A stretch of 64,000 nucleotides of DNA. It comes from Camelus ferus. Taxonomy: Eukaryota. The position numbers and the translations under genes were made by a program. A model generated the notes under the pieces. It was not told the origin of the DNA, searched no databases, and saw nothing but the letters and a program-made list of their open reading frames with translations. Below are positions 38,861 through 53,121 of this stretch, in pieces. The stretch lies in NCBI RefSeq assembly GCF_009834535.1, contig NC_045696.1:91142001-91206000 (forward strand). The letters are read 5' to 3'. How positions within the stretch are numbered: the first letter of the stretch is position 1; every line of letters starts with the position of its first letter.

Positions 38861-39145
38861 GTGTGATTCGTAGCAGTGGTGTTTCATTTTCAAGCCAATG
38901 AAAAATGACTTGAGAATTTGGGGAGGCATTTAAAAATGAATTTCTGATAAATTCTAAGCAAAGGGTTCTAATAAAACATTAAGTGAGGAGGGAAGTGCAG
39001 AGCTCAATGTGGCAGCAGTGGAAGCTCCTGACTGAATCCTATTTAGTAGGATTTTCACAAAACATGAAAGAACATATTACAAAGGAGAGTTTTTTTTAAA
39101 GGAATATAAAACTGAAAGGACAATCTTTATGACTAAAGCCTAGAG

Positions 39146-39465
39146 TAACACTGTTCAATGGAAATGTAATGTGAATCCCACTTACAATTTAAAATTTTGT
39201 GGTAACCATGTTAAAAAAGTAAAAAGAAAAAGGATAATTAACTGTAATAGCATATTTTATTTAACCCAACATATCAAGCATATTATCATTTCAATATGTA
39301 ACCAGTATAAAAAATTACTAATCAGATATTTTGCATTCTTCTCTTTATCAAGTCCTCAAAATTGAGGGTGTATTTTAGACTTACAGCACATCTCAGTTTG
39401 CACTAGCCATGTTTCAAGTGCTTAATAGCCACATCTAGCTAGTGGCTACCATATCGGGCAGCAAA
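39146..39465. mobile_element. MER33-like non-autonomous hAT-Charlie DNA transposon
   Basis: Near full-length resemblance to recalled MER33 (ttacagcacatctcagtttgcactagccatgtttcaagtgcttaatagccaca). Confidence 0.85.
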
Positions 39466-39789
39466 TATATAGCAGATGATTGTAAAAATGTCAGGGATGA
39501 CAAAAATAAGTCTTTAAAGCCATGTCCAGAGCAAGGAAGGTCAGAAAGAAAATACAAACTTGCCGACATGGGAAGAAAATTTGATGTTAGTATTCGTCAA
39601 CTAATTTTAAGATTCTGTCCTCACCTTTATGAAACATTATCCAGCAGGTATGGTTAGACCTCACATTAGTATAAGGTATTTGAAAGCAAATTATGTGATA
39701 ACATATGAAGAGATCATTTTAAGTGTTAATAATGAATTAAAATGTCTGTTGTTGAACTAAATATGTTTTAAGAAACTGAGAGAACTCGG

Positions 39790-41620
39790 TAAAATTGTCA
39801 CTCTTTGCAGATGACATACATAGAAAACCCTAACACCTCCATCAAAAAACTATTAGACTAATAAACAAATTCAGTATTGCTACAGGATACAAAAGCAATA
39901 CACAAAAATCTGTTCCATGCTGTACACTAATAATGAACTAGCAGGTAAGTTAAGAAAACAATCATATTTACAATTGTATCAAAATAATAAAAGTGCCTAG
40001 GAATAAATGTATCCAAGGAGGTATAGTTAAAACTTCAAGACTTTAAGAAAAGAAACTGAAGAAGATACAAATAAATGGAAAGATACTCCATGTTCATGGA
40101 TTGGAATAATTAATATTGTTAAAATGACCATAGTACCCACTGCAACCTATAAATTCAGTGCAATCCCTATCAGAATTCCAGTGACATTATTTTACAGAAA
40201 TAGAACAAACAGTTCTAAAATTTGTTTGGAACCACAAAAGACCCTGGATATCCAAAGCAATCTTGAGAAAGAAAAACAAAACTGGAAGCATCTTATATCC
40301 TAATTTACAAACCATAATCATTAAAACAGTGTGGTATTAGCATTAAAAACAGACACAGAAATCAATGGAACAAAATAGCCCAGATATAAACCCACATATA
40401 TACGGTCAATTAATTTATGAAAAAGGAGCCAAGAATATAAAATGGGAAAAGAACAACTTCTAAATTGTGGAAATTGGATAACCACATGCAAAAGAATGAA
40501 ACTGGACCACTGTCTTATACCATACAGAAAAGTTAACTCAAAATAGATTAAAGACTTGAACATAAGACCAGAAACCATAAAATTCTTAGAAGAAAACAGA
40601 TGTAGTAGGCTCCTTGACCACAATAAGGTCTTAGTGATAATTTTTTGAATCTGACACCAAAAGTAAAAGCAACAAAAGCAAAAATAAACAAGTGAGATTA
40701 CATTAAACTAAAAAGCTTCTGCACAGCAAAGAAAATCATCAACAAAATAAAATGTAATATACTTTGCCTCTGGGGTGAATAGGAGAAAATATTTGCAAAT
40801 TATGTATCTGATAAGAGGTTAATATCCAAAATATATAAAGAACTCATACAACTAAATAGCAAATAAAACAAAACAAATAAAAACAATTCAATTAAAAGAT
40901 GGGCAGATGATCTGAATAGACATTTTTCCCAAGAAGACATACAGATGGCCCACAGACACATGAAAATATGCTCAGCATCATTAATCATTAAGAAAATGTA
41001 AATCAAAACTAGAATGAAATATCACCTCATACCTGTCAGAATGACCAATTTAAACAGACAGCAAGTAACAAATTTTGCTAATGATGTGGAGAAAAGGGAA
41101 CCCCTCTGCACTGTTGGTGGGTATGTAAATTACAGTAACCATTATTTAAAACAGCATGGAGTTTTCTCAGAAAAATTAAAAATGAAACTACTGTATTAGC
41201 TAGCATTTCCACTTCTGGGTATTTATGTCAAGAAAACAAAGACTAACTTGAAAAGGTCTATTTACTGTCATGTTCATTGAAGTGCTATTTACAATAGCCA
41301 AGATATGGAAACAACCTAAGTGTCCATCAGTGCATGAATGGATAAAGAAAATTATGGTATTTATATACAATGAAGTATTACTCAGCCATGTAAAAGAATG
41401 AAATCTTGCCATTTGTGACAACATGGATGGACCTTGAGGGGATTATGCTAAGTGAAATGAGTCAGACAGAGAAGACAAATACTATATGATCTCTTTTAAT
41501 TGTGGAATCAAACAAGACAAAACCCAAGTTCATAGATACAGAGAACAGATTGGTGTTTGCCACAGAGGTGGTTGGTAGGGAGTGGGTGAAGTGGGTGAAG
41601 AAGAGTCAGAGGTATAAAAA
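39790..41620 (+). mobile_element. Older decayed LINE-1 fragment (ORF2 RT region to part of the 3'UTR)
   Basis: TTT GCA GAT GAC (FADD) at 39804-39815. ORF2-like peptides include KYHLIPVRM and VEKREPLCTVGG. Many stops; 3'UTR ends early. Confidence 0.9.
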
Positions 41621-43922
41621 AAGAGTTCTTCTAATGATTCTTGTGCAGTTGGGTAGTTAAACTTATTCTGAGTTGCCTCACAACTCTGAGGGTTTGAAGT
41701 AACCTTTTGTCACCCCCAGATTCCTAATGCGTACATTTGTGCAGTCAAAAGCACCTCCCAGAATCATGATAAGACATTTCCTACTTTTCCAGCTTTGAGT
41801 TTCTGGGGCGCCATTTCCTTTTGCAGATGCCATCAAATAGATAGTCAACTGTGCGTATGAGATGGTGTGGTGGATCTTACCAGAAGGGCTTGTTAAATGG
41901 GAAAGCCACACAGTTAACAAGCACAAGACTCAGTGGCACAAAGGTCAACCAGCTTTTCCTTAATTGAAGAAAAAGCAAACATGCATGTTCCTTATATAAA
42001 CACCGATATTTAACATTTAACTCAACCCTCATGATTCATTAAGAAAAGGAAATTCAATAAAGTCAGTCAGATGTGACTACAGGAAAAACTACCTCCAATG
42101 AGTCTGGCTGTTTTAGGACTTTGAATAATAGAGAAATCAATTTTTGAAATAAAATGCTAAATATGGATGGTGACCATCATTATAAATGTATACATATGTG
42201 TATTTGTTTTTAGTCCTAGAGTGGCTGTCTTTTATATCTTAAACTACCAGGTTTCTTCAGTCCCTTGGAATACTTATTAAAGAATCTCGTTGTGTGAACT
42301 TTTAACTCCTGGGTCAGAAAGTGAATAGTGATGGCTAAGATCCTAGCTATTTCTGATTTCCAAAAACAAAAATTGATTTTTTGGGAGACATATTTTGTGG
42401 ATCAGAATTTGTGGGAAATGAAATAGGCATACTGAATTGGCAGCAGACAGGAGACAGAAAATAATGGAAAACAGACAAAAGGACTAGAAAAGTATAGCCG
42501 TCTGGGACTGTTTAGTGCAGGGGCAGACATTTCTGCACACCTTAACAGTCCTTGGGGCATCCCTGGGTGGAAAGTCGTAATCTATTTTATACAACTTTCC
42601 ATCCAAATAAGTTTTAAAAGATGCCACTAAATAATGTTTGTACCTAAAAGGCATAAAAGGTGCTTTGTAGGGAGAGAAGAAGGGATGCTTGGGAGGAGAG
42701 AGACATCGAGGGATTTAAAAACACTGAGGGTCTGAGAGGGGGATGGAAACAAGAAGTGGTCAACAGTAGTATTTGCACCCTCTAACTTTACACAGAACTA
42801 GGCACATTGTTTTAAACAATCAGTTGTGGGCAAATTACAAAAAAAAAAAAAAAAAGAAAAGAAAACAAATATAATCACATGCTAAAAAGTGGCAAAGTTG
42901 CAGTTTAACTTTTTCTGCCTGACTTGAGATCTAAGAAATGAGGGATCCACAGGCTTTGTACCGGTTTTCAAGGCTTCCCCTTGAAATTAAGAGCAGCAGC
43001 CCTACCACTTCCTCTTCCAGCCAAGTCTCCATCCCACTGAGCCAAATAAATACCACTGAGGTCATTTTGCTTTTCCCTCACTCTAACGCAATTAGGGACA
43101 AGAGGGTGTGAGCTTGGAAGACGAAGGCCGACAGCTGAAGTCTGAAGGACTCTGTCAAGACCACAGCAGTGATGCTGGCCTACGAAAAAGCGGGTCAGAG
43201 ACTTAATACAGAAATAGAAGCAATCCCCGCACTGATGGTTAATGAAGTGACAGTGAATGAGACCATGCCAATAGTCCATCTATAATGTGAATTCAAGGAC
43301 TATTTAAAATGATGCTTACTGGTTCCTCTATTATTTAGATGGCTTTGTACTTATTATGTCTTCCTAGCTAACCCTGCAAATATTCTCAAGAACGTGATTA
43401 GGTTCACTATGAGTCATTGCAATTAATTATTCCACTGTTTCCACCAGCAAAAGCACATCAGACTTAGCAGAACTCTTAGTTGCCCTAAAAGAGTACATAC
43501 GATACTTTTTGTTTAATTATGATTCAGAAACTGAAAACCATGGGGGCAAACTTGGAAGGGATCTTAGGACCACATGAACAGGATGCAGGAAAAGAGCAGA
43601 GGTTGAAACTTGATGTACCATGTACCCAACAGTTCCTGCTTTCTTTCTATTTAATTTGCAAGAGAACTTTGTTACAAGCCAGATTGTGTCAGGATACTTT
43701 GTGGCTCACTTATGATAGAATTAGAATATTTTAGTGCATTTGAAGATTCATTGCTAGGATGAAAAGAGAGAAATCCTCTCTTGCTCTCTCTTCCTCTCTT
43801 CTCTCTTTCCTTCCTTCCTCCCCTTGTCCATCTCTTCTCCCTCAAAAAAAATTTGTTTTCCACTATTGCTAAGCAATGTGTTCAACCGAGAAGCAAAAAT
43901 CTAGGCCTCTGATTGCACACCT

Positions 43923-43945
43923 TGATATGATATGATATGATATGA
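43923..43945. repeat. (TGATA)4 pentanucleotide repeat
   Basis: Directly visible. Confidence 0.85.
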
Positions 43946-44469
43946 GCAGATTTGAGTTTCACAGGTGGTGGCTGTGTAGAGGATTAAGCTCAAAGCTAAA
44001 TTGGACTAAGATGGTTGGACCTTAATGCTATGGTGCTATGGGGAGTATGAGCTCTCTCATCTAATGTACCATAAGGAATCACTCAAGATTTTATATGCAA
44101 TGCAAGTTAGTTTATTAGATTTAGGTCTTATGATTTTTATTCTTGAAAGAAACTTAGTATCATACAACTGATGTTACTTCAATTCATTCTTTGTTATATT
44201 TGCTAACAAGGAGTGCTATATAAATGTAATAAAGCATAAAGCATTTTTTTTGCTTCCATTTTCCATGGCACTTCCACATCCTGAAAGTCTCCATGGAATT
44301 GTTAACTGTGGTAAAGTTAGCAAAATCTGCAGCAGTTGGATTTTTTATCTATTTTATTTAAAAACTGATTTACTAAAAAACTGTTACACATTTTTTCCAA
44401 TGTTGCAAAGAATTATTTATCAGAGTGTCATTAACTGGTTAGATACAGCTCTTTGATTACAGAGAAGCA

Positions 44470-45550
44470 GCAAAGTTTAGTGGGAAGGGCATTGGTTTTG
44501 GACTCAGCTGTATCAAGTTCTGAATTTCATAGGTGAGCTGTTTATATTATGTAAGATTCATTTTTTGAACTATAAACTTGGGGCCACAGGGTCATTTTGA
44601 GGATTACACAAAATTATTTATATGAAGCATTTAGCCAGTGTTTGGCATGTAGTAGTAGTGATGATGACGATACGTGGTGACAGTGATGATGATAGTGATA
44701 ATGATGTTCGTGAGGAACGTGGTATACCTTCTGAGAGATAATGTGGTCTCAGTGGTTAAGAGCATAGATTTAGGAACCAGACTTCTTGGGTTCAACTCCT
44801 GGTTATACCAGGAATTATGTAGTTATATAGTCTTGGGTAAGTGTGTTAGTTATCTTCCGCTTCATAACAAATTACCCTAAAATGAGTGGCTTAGAACAAT
44901 GTATATTGTGTCATGGTTTGGTGGATCAGGAGTTGAAAAATGACTTAGTTTTGTCTTCTGCTTCATAGTCTCTCAAAGACTGCATTCAAGGCATTGGCCC
45001 AAGGTCTGGGATCTCATCTGAAGCTCAACTGGGGGAAGATTCACTTGCAAGCTCACTCGTGGTTGTTGGCAAGACTGTTCCTTGAGGATGTTGGATTAGA
45101 AGTCTAAATTCCCTACTGGCTGTTGGCTGGAGACTGCCCTCAGTTTTTTGCCCCGTGGGCATTTCCAATAGACTATCCATCAAAGCCAGCAGAATAAGAG
45201 TCTGCTAGTAAGACAGATGTCACAGGCTTTTGTAACCTAGCCATGGAAGTGACATCCCATCACTTTTTGTGCTGTTATTTGTTTGAAGGGAGTCATTAGG
45301 TCCAGTCAGCAACCACAGGGAGGGAATTACACAAAGAGTGAATATCAGTTGGGGCTCATCTTAGAAATCTGCCCCCATAGCAAGTTACTCAACCTCTCTG
45401 TACCTCAGTTCTTCCATGTGTTAAGTGGAATTAATAGTCATAACTACTTAAGAGAGCTATTAAATTATTATTGTTAAAAAAATTAAAGTTAATAAACAAG
45501 TAATGTATCTGTGTCTGTCACATAGTAAGCACTCAGTAAATGTTTGACAC
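44470..45550 (+). mobile_element. Two MIRs; the second (about 44720-45550) is split by the MLT1 LTR
   Basis: gtggttaagagcatag..gggttcaactcc..cttgggtaag, then the LTR, then gcaagttactcaacctctctgtacctcagtt. Confidence 0.8.
44842..45379 (-). mobile_element. MaLR solo LTR (MLT1F/G-like) inserted into a MIR
   Basis: Starts TGTGTTAGTT..cataacaaattaccctaaaa. 5-bp TSD GTAAG (44837-44841) / GCAAG (45380-45384). Confidence 0.85.
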
Positions 45551-46258
45551 TGTTTTTGAAAAATAGCAATTTATAGCTCTTTTACCTGTTATCAAAGCAT
45601 TGATCCAATCCGCTTAATAACCTTTGTCACTCTATGTAAAAAGGTGGTTGTTGCACCACCAATTTATACAAAGAAATGGCAACAAAGTTTAGGGCAAGAG
45701 GATGGTGGTGTGGAGATACCAAAGGAGCACTGTAGAGTAAAGCTCAGATCCACGTTCTGTTTTTCTTTTCATAAGATGTGTAGTGTGGGCAGGTCACTTC
45801 ATCTCTCTAGGTCGTGGTGTCTTTATCTGTGAAATGAGTGCTTTAGACTTTATCAGGAGTGATATTTGTGATTTGTGATATTTAGCAACTGCTTGGGGTC
45901 AGGCACTGGCCAGTCAGAACAGAGGCTGCCACAAACATGGTGTGGCCATGCTCATTGGAACTGACTGCATGACAGCCTCGAGAAGCTGTCTTTACAGTTC
46001 CTTCTAGCCCCAGACATGTGTGATCCCTTGACCCATTTCCAGATCACTTAATGACTTTGTGGTCCACACAGCCCTTTAGTTTTGTTCTCCTTACTTTTAT
46101 AACTTTTTAACAATGTGGCTTTTAAGCCAGCACACTTAAACAATCAAAATAAAAGACCATTTAATACGATATGATTATCCTCTTCTGTGGGTTTAAATGG
46201 TGTGAGCAAATGTATCTGAATATGATTTGGTCCAGGAGCTAATCCCATTAAAGTGTGT

Positions 46259-46368
46259 TTTTAAAACTCAACAAATGGTATTTCAGAAACTCATTAGCAG
46301 AATGAAAATTCTATTTTAAAACTCAACAAATGGTATTTCAGAGACTCATTTCCAGAATGAAAATTCTA
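46259..46368. repeat. 55-bp tandem duplication (2 copies, 3 mismatches)
   Basis: 46259-46313 aligned by eye to 46314-46368. Confidence 0.95.
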
Positions 46369-47586
46369 ATCTGTGTTTGTTCCTGGCAGACCTTCTGAAT
46401 CCTCCTCAAGAAGCTCACATATGCCTCAAACAAAAATGTTACCCAGTGAGGGAACAATGTCATTGCGCTGGTGTCTGTTGTCCCCCAGACTCCCTCTGTG
46501 ACCTGCCTCTTCCCTAATGCTTGCTAAGTACCTGATACTTTCCTACGCAGGAAGCTTATATGAACTAATTAACATTTAATGAGAGGAAACCAGCTGATTA
46601 GAATGCTTTTCATGGTACTTTAGCTAATAAATGTTGTATATACTTTTGACTGCATCTAGTCAGCGTGTGGCCTCCCCTCCTGACTGCACCCTTTTTTTCC
46701 CCCGCAGCTCTGTCCCGCTCTAGGGCTTTCTGCAGTAACCTGGCTGAACAGTTTGCCTTAGTTAATTTGAGGAAACTTTTGGACCAAATTATTGAGATAA
46801 ATATTTTGATTAAATTTTGCTCAGAGCAGTAAGTGCATGAAGCTTCTGAATCCAAATCAAGACCGAATCATTCCAACCATGCTTGATGGAGAACAGCAAG
46901 AGATTGATGAAAGCAAAATCTGCCCAGCAGAGTCCCAGGCAGCTGAAAATGATTTTGCCTGTGTTTATGAAGGCAATTAGGGTTGCGCTAGTGCAGCTCT
47001 GGAGGCCCAAAGAAAGGGGTGAAGAGGTGTAATTTCAGAGGCCCAGGCTTCCCCATGGAAAATCTAGATCTAGCCATTCAGTATCTACTGGTAGCTCCTG
47101 AATTATGGGATGTGCTCTAGGATGGGCCAGAATGTCTTCCCTATCAGTATTCTCCACATTTTTTGGCCAGAAGTTATTATCAGTAAAAGATTGTGGAGCA
47201 GCACCCCCAGTTTCTTGGTAAATTATCCACATGCAGTTCAGTAATTTGTTAATATCCCAAAGAACAACATATACTTGGGTTGAGGTGCATCATCGATGAC
47301 AATGAGTAAGTCCGCACTTATTTTAAAGGGTCTTGATGGTGTCTATTATAGTTAAGTAAATCTACATATATTTCTTATGATGTGTCTGGGATCAAAACAA
47401 AGGTAAAAGTGTAAGACATGAGTCAGCTCTGTCATTTTCTTCTTGTTTACTTGTGCTTGTCTTCTTAGGACTATCTTCAGCATTCAGATACTTTGGCAGG
47501 AATATTATAAATTGTATGACTTTTTTTTTTTTTTTTGAAGATTGTTGTTGTTAGAGCCAGGTAACAATTGGTTTTGTTATAACCAG

Positions 47587-48110
47587 TGTCAGTTTGACTA
47601 GGCTAAGTGGTGCCCAGATAGTTGGTAAAACATTACTTCTGGGTGTGTCTGTGAGAGTTTCTGGAAAGATCAGTAGACTGAGTAAGGAGATCCACCAATG
47701 TGGGCCTACTTCACCGAATCCATTGAGGATCAGATAGAACAAAAAGGCAGATGAAGAGTGAACTCCCTCCTCTCTTCTCTTGATCTGGGGTGATCATCTT
47801 CTCCTGCCTTTGAACATTGGAGGCCCTGGTTCTCAGGCCTTCAGACTCTGGAACTGACGCCAGCAGTGCCCTAGTTCTCAAGTCTTTGAGCTTGGACTGG
47901 GAGTTACACCATTGGCTCCCCCTTGTTCTCGGGCCTTCAGACTCAGGCTGAATTACACCATCAGCTTTCCTGGTTCTTCAGCTTGTGGATAGTCGATTGT
48001 AGGACTTCTCAGCCTCCATGACCCCATGAGCCAATCCCTCTAATAAATCTCCTTATATATCTCTGTATATCCTCTTGGTTCTGTTTCTCTGAAGAACCCT
48101 GACAGATACA
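47587..48110 (+). mobile_element. ERVL solo LTR (MLT2-like)
   Basis: TG...CA ends; gtgcccagata..aacattacttctgggtgtgtctgtgag and AATAAA present. Perfect 5-bp TSD ACCAG (47582-47586, 48111-48115). Confidence 0.88.
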
Positions 48111-48849
48111 ACCAGATAACATAATGTATAAATGCACTTAAACAAGGTGGTATAAACTGAACTGGGTTGCAAAACAACACAGTGAAATGATGAGTAAAGG
48201 CCTAGTGCTCAGGCTGCTGTGCCATGGAGCTCCCACTTGCCCTCAAGATCTGTCATGGTGCCGCTTGTCTGGTGTGACACAAGGAAGGGATGAGAGCGCT
48301 GGTATTAGCCTGTTTATTAGATGTTAGAAACACTTGATTTCTGTCTTATTTTAGAACAGAATTACTGTTAAGAGAAGCTCTCGTGTTCTCTTCCCATTCC
48401 CCAGTGGATAGCCATGAGGGTCCCCGTCAAAGACTGTTGGTTTAGATTTACATCTGAAGACACAAACTGCAGTTCTGTCTAGACTGGAATAAGCCTCGAA
48501 TGGTCTCATTTGTTCCTGTCAGTTTCCAGCTTCTTGACCAAACTTCAGAGAGCTGTCCTGGGCCCTGTACTTAGTTGGAAGTTTGGCGTTCTCTTGCTGT
48601 GTGCACAGCAATTATGACTGCAGCCTCCACTGACCTGCTCAGTTTAGTTCCCTCATCTCCCTAGTCCCCCACAGACCACAAGTGGACTGAATAAAAGTTC
48701 AGCATGACTCAGTGCACAGTAGGACCTCCACAAACATGTACCCTCTTATGCAGGGTCATCTGCGGGCTCCTAGGAAGCCTCTTCAATGTATAGAAATCTA
48801 AACTTCTCATTATTAGACATTTGTTCTTTTTTTGTCATCAGGAAGGAGA

Positions 48850-49050
48850 AAGTGTGGGTTTGGTCATCAGACAAATGTGAGTTCAAGTCCACATTCTAGC
48901 TGTGTGACCTGGGGCAAGTCCCAACCTCTCTGAGTTTCAATCTCTCCCTCTTTTAAGGAGTATAATAATATCTACTCTACTGGATTTTTGTGATATTGAG
49001 GGATAATATATGCCTTATGGTAGTCACTCAGTACATGCTAACTATTGTTA
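48850..49050 (+). mobile_element. MIR
   Basis: tagctgtgtgacctggggcaagtcccaacctctctgagtttca. Confidence 0.8.
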
Positions 49051-49489
49051 TTCATTGTTAGTGTTGGAATATTCAAATTCTTTTCCTGGAAAAAGAATGT
49101 TCTCACATAATTAAAATTTTTATCAGAAATAAATTTTGTTTGTTAGATACTACGTACATCCTAAGGCTGAAATAGATCACAGACCATAGATAAGGATCCA
49201 TAGGAGATTGGTGGAGAATGACCTGGCTGTGGGGCAGGTCCCAGGGGCTTGGTTAGATTCAGACCAAAAGGCATTGAGCCAAGGGTCTGAACATAATGGA
49301 GTAAAAATCCGAGGTCCAACTGGGAGTCTCAGTCATGGTTAAAACACAAACGTGCAGCTAGGCTGTGAGGAAAACTAAGCCTCACATGCTCTGTGGACGT
49401 GGCACTTAGTGCTTGTCGGGTGCTGTGTTTTAAAGGAGCTGGAGTAAGATGAGGCAGGAGAGCAGAGCGTTTCACCATGGTGTTCACCA

Positions 49490-49907
49490 TTTTATCAGTT
49501 CTCTGTTGGTTAGAGCCAGTAAAACTAGATGTCATGACAAACTCCCAATTGCAGTGACTTAATACAAATGGTTTATTTTTCACCCCCTTGACAGTTCAGT
49601 GTGGACTGATGAGCAAGCAGCCTTCCACATGTACCTTCAGGGACCCAGACTCCTCCCTTCTTATGGCTCCACCTTCCTCTGGGTCTTTTCAGTTCAGTTA
49701 CAACTTGGGGAAAAAGCAAGGATCATGTTTGAGAAATTTTCATGGCCAAAGTTCGGAAGGAATGCATGGCACTTCTGTTCACATTTTCTTGGTCAAAACT
49801 CAGTCATATGGGTTCACCTAACTGCAGAAGAGGCTTAAGTGATGTAGCTATGTCACCACAAAGGAGGAGAAAAGACAAATATCAGTGAATACTCATTATT
49901 TGCCATA
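49490..49907 (-). mobile_element. Old MaLR solo LTR (MLT1J/K-like)
   Basis: cagtgacttaatacaa..tttatttt, cagggacccagactcc and cacttctgttcacatt..ttggtcaaaactcagtcatatgg. Confidence 0.7.
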
Positions 49908-51149
49908 AATGGCTTTTAAACTTCACTACAACCTACACTAAGCAATCACTTTCCTATCAATACTCAACGTACACACAACTTGCAAACCAACACTTATTCC
50001 TACTACATATGATACCCTTTGGTATTTTCTATTCTACAGTGTTTCATTTAAAAATATTGGTTGTGCTACATCAAATCAGTTTCACAACCTGTCAGAGTGA
50101 AAACCGCTATTCTGGATTATAAACCTGAATGTCATAATCCACTAGTTATTACTGCAGATAGAGAGTGACTCCCTCCCTGTAATGATCAGGATCTGGGTTG
50201 CCTGAAAGCACTTTCTAGGGGGCCCTGTGATAAAAAAATATTCTGATTGATAGGGTCCAGAGACAGCAGAATTCCATGACACCACCAGTGTAGTAGAGGG
50301 TTCAGCCGGGGATGAGACAGTGTTCAAACATTTCCTTTCAACACAACAGCCTTGAAATGTAGTTAAAAATAAAGGCAGGACAAAACTAAACATAGAGCCC
50401 CAATGCTGGGTGAATGCTTCTCCTTATCTGCCCCAACATTTACAAGTTGTGAAACAGAATGCCTTTCTCATTAGCTGTACTTCATACCCCATATCTCCCC
50501 ACCCCCATCCAAGTGAGGAATTGATATCTCATTCTTCAGATACCACTATTTTAAGAAAGTGACCCATGGACCAGGGAGACTGGAAAATTGCTCCTGTAGG
50601 ATGCATCTTGGATGTACATTATTTGTACTTGAATATTTACATTGCAGTGTAAATAGGCAGGCCTCCATAGTTCATTGCACAGAACTTACTTGGTATGACA
50701 GAGGTACTGAATGTTTACATGGGAATTGGGGTAAAGAGACTTGTTGAGAAGGGAAAAATCAAATCAGGTATATGGAAAGATTCATATGTATGTTTTTGCT
50801 CTGTGCAGAGGAATTCTAGGTACCAAATCCCATTCACATCTCCAAATCATATGGTACATGTAAAGTGAGTTGTGCAGCTTCCAATCTGGGAATACCCTTT
50901 CCAAACCCTCCCTGCTCTCCAGTGACTAGTCAAATAGCGTTAGAAAAAGGTTTATTTTTCGTAGTGTGGTTGTAGTCTACTGTTGAATATTAAAGTAACC
51001 TGGCTTTATGTTTGAGTTGCTGGTTTTCTAATCTTTAGAAGCCCATTACAAAATGAACAACTTGGTGAGAGACAATGTAAAACAAACCTAAATTGGCTAT
51101 ATTAAAATAGCAGCAGTGTGTGTAATGAGGATAAATTAGCTTTCATTTA

Positions 51150-53090
51150 CATATCTCAACATAATAAAAGCTATATATGACAAACCTACAGCCAGCATAA
51201 TACTCAACAGTGAAAAACTCAAAAGCTTACCACTAAAATCTGGGACAAGACAAGGCTGCCCACTATCACCACTCCTATTCAACATAATCTTGGAAGTCCT
51301 AGCCACAGCAATCAGGCAAGAGAGAGAAATAAAAGGGATCCAAATTGGAAAAGAAGAGGTAAAAGTGTCACTATATGCAGATGACATGATATTATATATA
51401 GAAAACCCTAAAAGGTCCACACAAAAACTACTAGAACTGATCAAAGAATTCAGAAAGGTAGCAGGTTACAAGATTGACGTTCAAAAATCAGTTGCATTTC
51501 TTTAAACTAACAATGAATCAACAGAAAAAGAAAACAAAGAAATAATCCCCTTTAAAATAGCACCCAAAGTAATAAAATACCTAGGAATAAATCTAACCAA
51601 GGAGGTGAAAGACTTATACATGGAAAATTACAAAACACTGATGAAGGAAATTAAAGAAAACTTTAAAAAATGGAAAGATATCCCATGCTCTTGGATTGGA
51701 AGAATCAATATTGTTAAAATGGTCACACTGCCCAAGGCAATCTACAGATTTAACGCAATCCCTATCCAATTACCCAGGACATATTCCACAGAACTAGAAC
51801 AAATCATAATAAAATTTATATGGAACCACAAAAGACCTGGAATTGCCAAAGCATTACTGAAGAAAGAGAAAGAGGCTGGAGGAATAACTCTCCCAGACTT
51901 CAGACAATACTGTAGAGCTACAGTCATCAAGACAGCATGGTATTGGTACAAAAACAGACATATGAACCAATGGAACAGAATAGAGCCCAGAAGTGAACCC
52001 ACAAACTTTTGGTCAACTAATCTTCGACAAAGGAGGCAAGAATATACAATGGAATAAAGACAGTCTCTTCAGCAAATGGTGTTGGGAAGACTGGACAGCA
52101 GCATGTAAATCAGTGAAGCTAGAACACTCCCTTACACCATACACAAAAACAAACTCAAAATGGATCAAAGACTTAAACATAAGACAAGATATAATAAACC
52201 TCCTAGAAGAAAATATAGGCAAAACATTATTTGACATACATCTCAAAAATGTTCTCCTAGGGCAGTCTACCCAAGCAATGGAAATAAAAGCAAGAATAAA
52301 CAAATGGGACCTAATTATACTTAACAAGCTTCTGCACAGCAAAGGAAGCCATAAGTAAAACAAAAAGACAACCTACGGAATGGGAGAAAATTTTTGCAAA
52401 TGAAACCGAGAAAGGCTTGATCTCCAGAATATATAAGTAGCTAATATGACTTAATAAGAAAAAAATAAACAACGCAATCCAAAAATGGGCAGAAGATCTA
52501 AACAAGCAGTTCTCCAAGGAAGACATACAAATGATCAATAGGCACATGAGAAAATGCTCAATATCACTAATTATCAGAGAAATGCAAATCAAAACTACAA
52601 TGAAGTATCACCTCACCAGTCAGAATGGCCATCATTCAAAAGTCCACAAATGACAAATGCTGGAGAGGCTGTGGAGAAAAGGGAACCCTCCTACACTGCT
52701 GGTGGGAATGCAGTTTGGTGCAGCCACCATGGAAAACAGTATGGAGATTCCTCAAAAAAACTGAAAATAGACTTACCATATGATCCAACAATCCCACTCC
52801 TGGGCATATATCCAGAGGGAACTTTAATTCAAAAAGACACATGCACCCCAGTGTTCACAGCAGCACTATTTACAATAGCCAAGACATGGAAACAGCCTAA
52901 ATGTCCATCAACAGATGAGTGGATAAAGAAGAAGTGGTATATTTATACAGTGGAATACTATTCAGCCATAATAATGACAACATACCACCATTTGCAGCAA
53001 CATGGATGTCCCTGGAGAATGTTATTCTAAGTGAGGTAAGCCAGAAAGAGAAAGAAAAATACCATATGAGATCGCTCGTATGTGGAATCC

Positions 53091-53121
<31 letters not shown>

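Noticed and set aside
42968..43279. 103-aa Cys/His-rich minus ORF
   Set aside because: No zinc-finger spacing, recognisable domain or convincing splice context.
46259..46368. Direct repeats as a possible CRISPR array
   Set aside because: Only two abutting copies, no spacer, and eukaryotic context.
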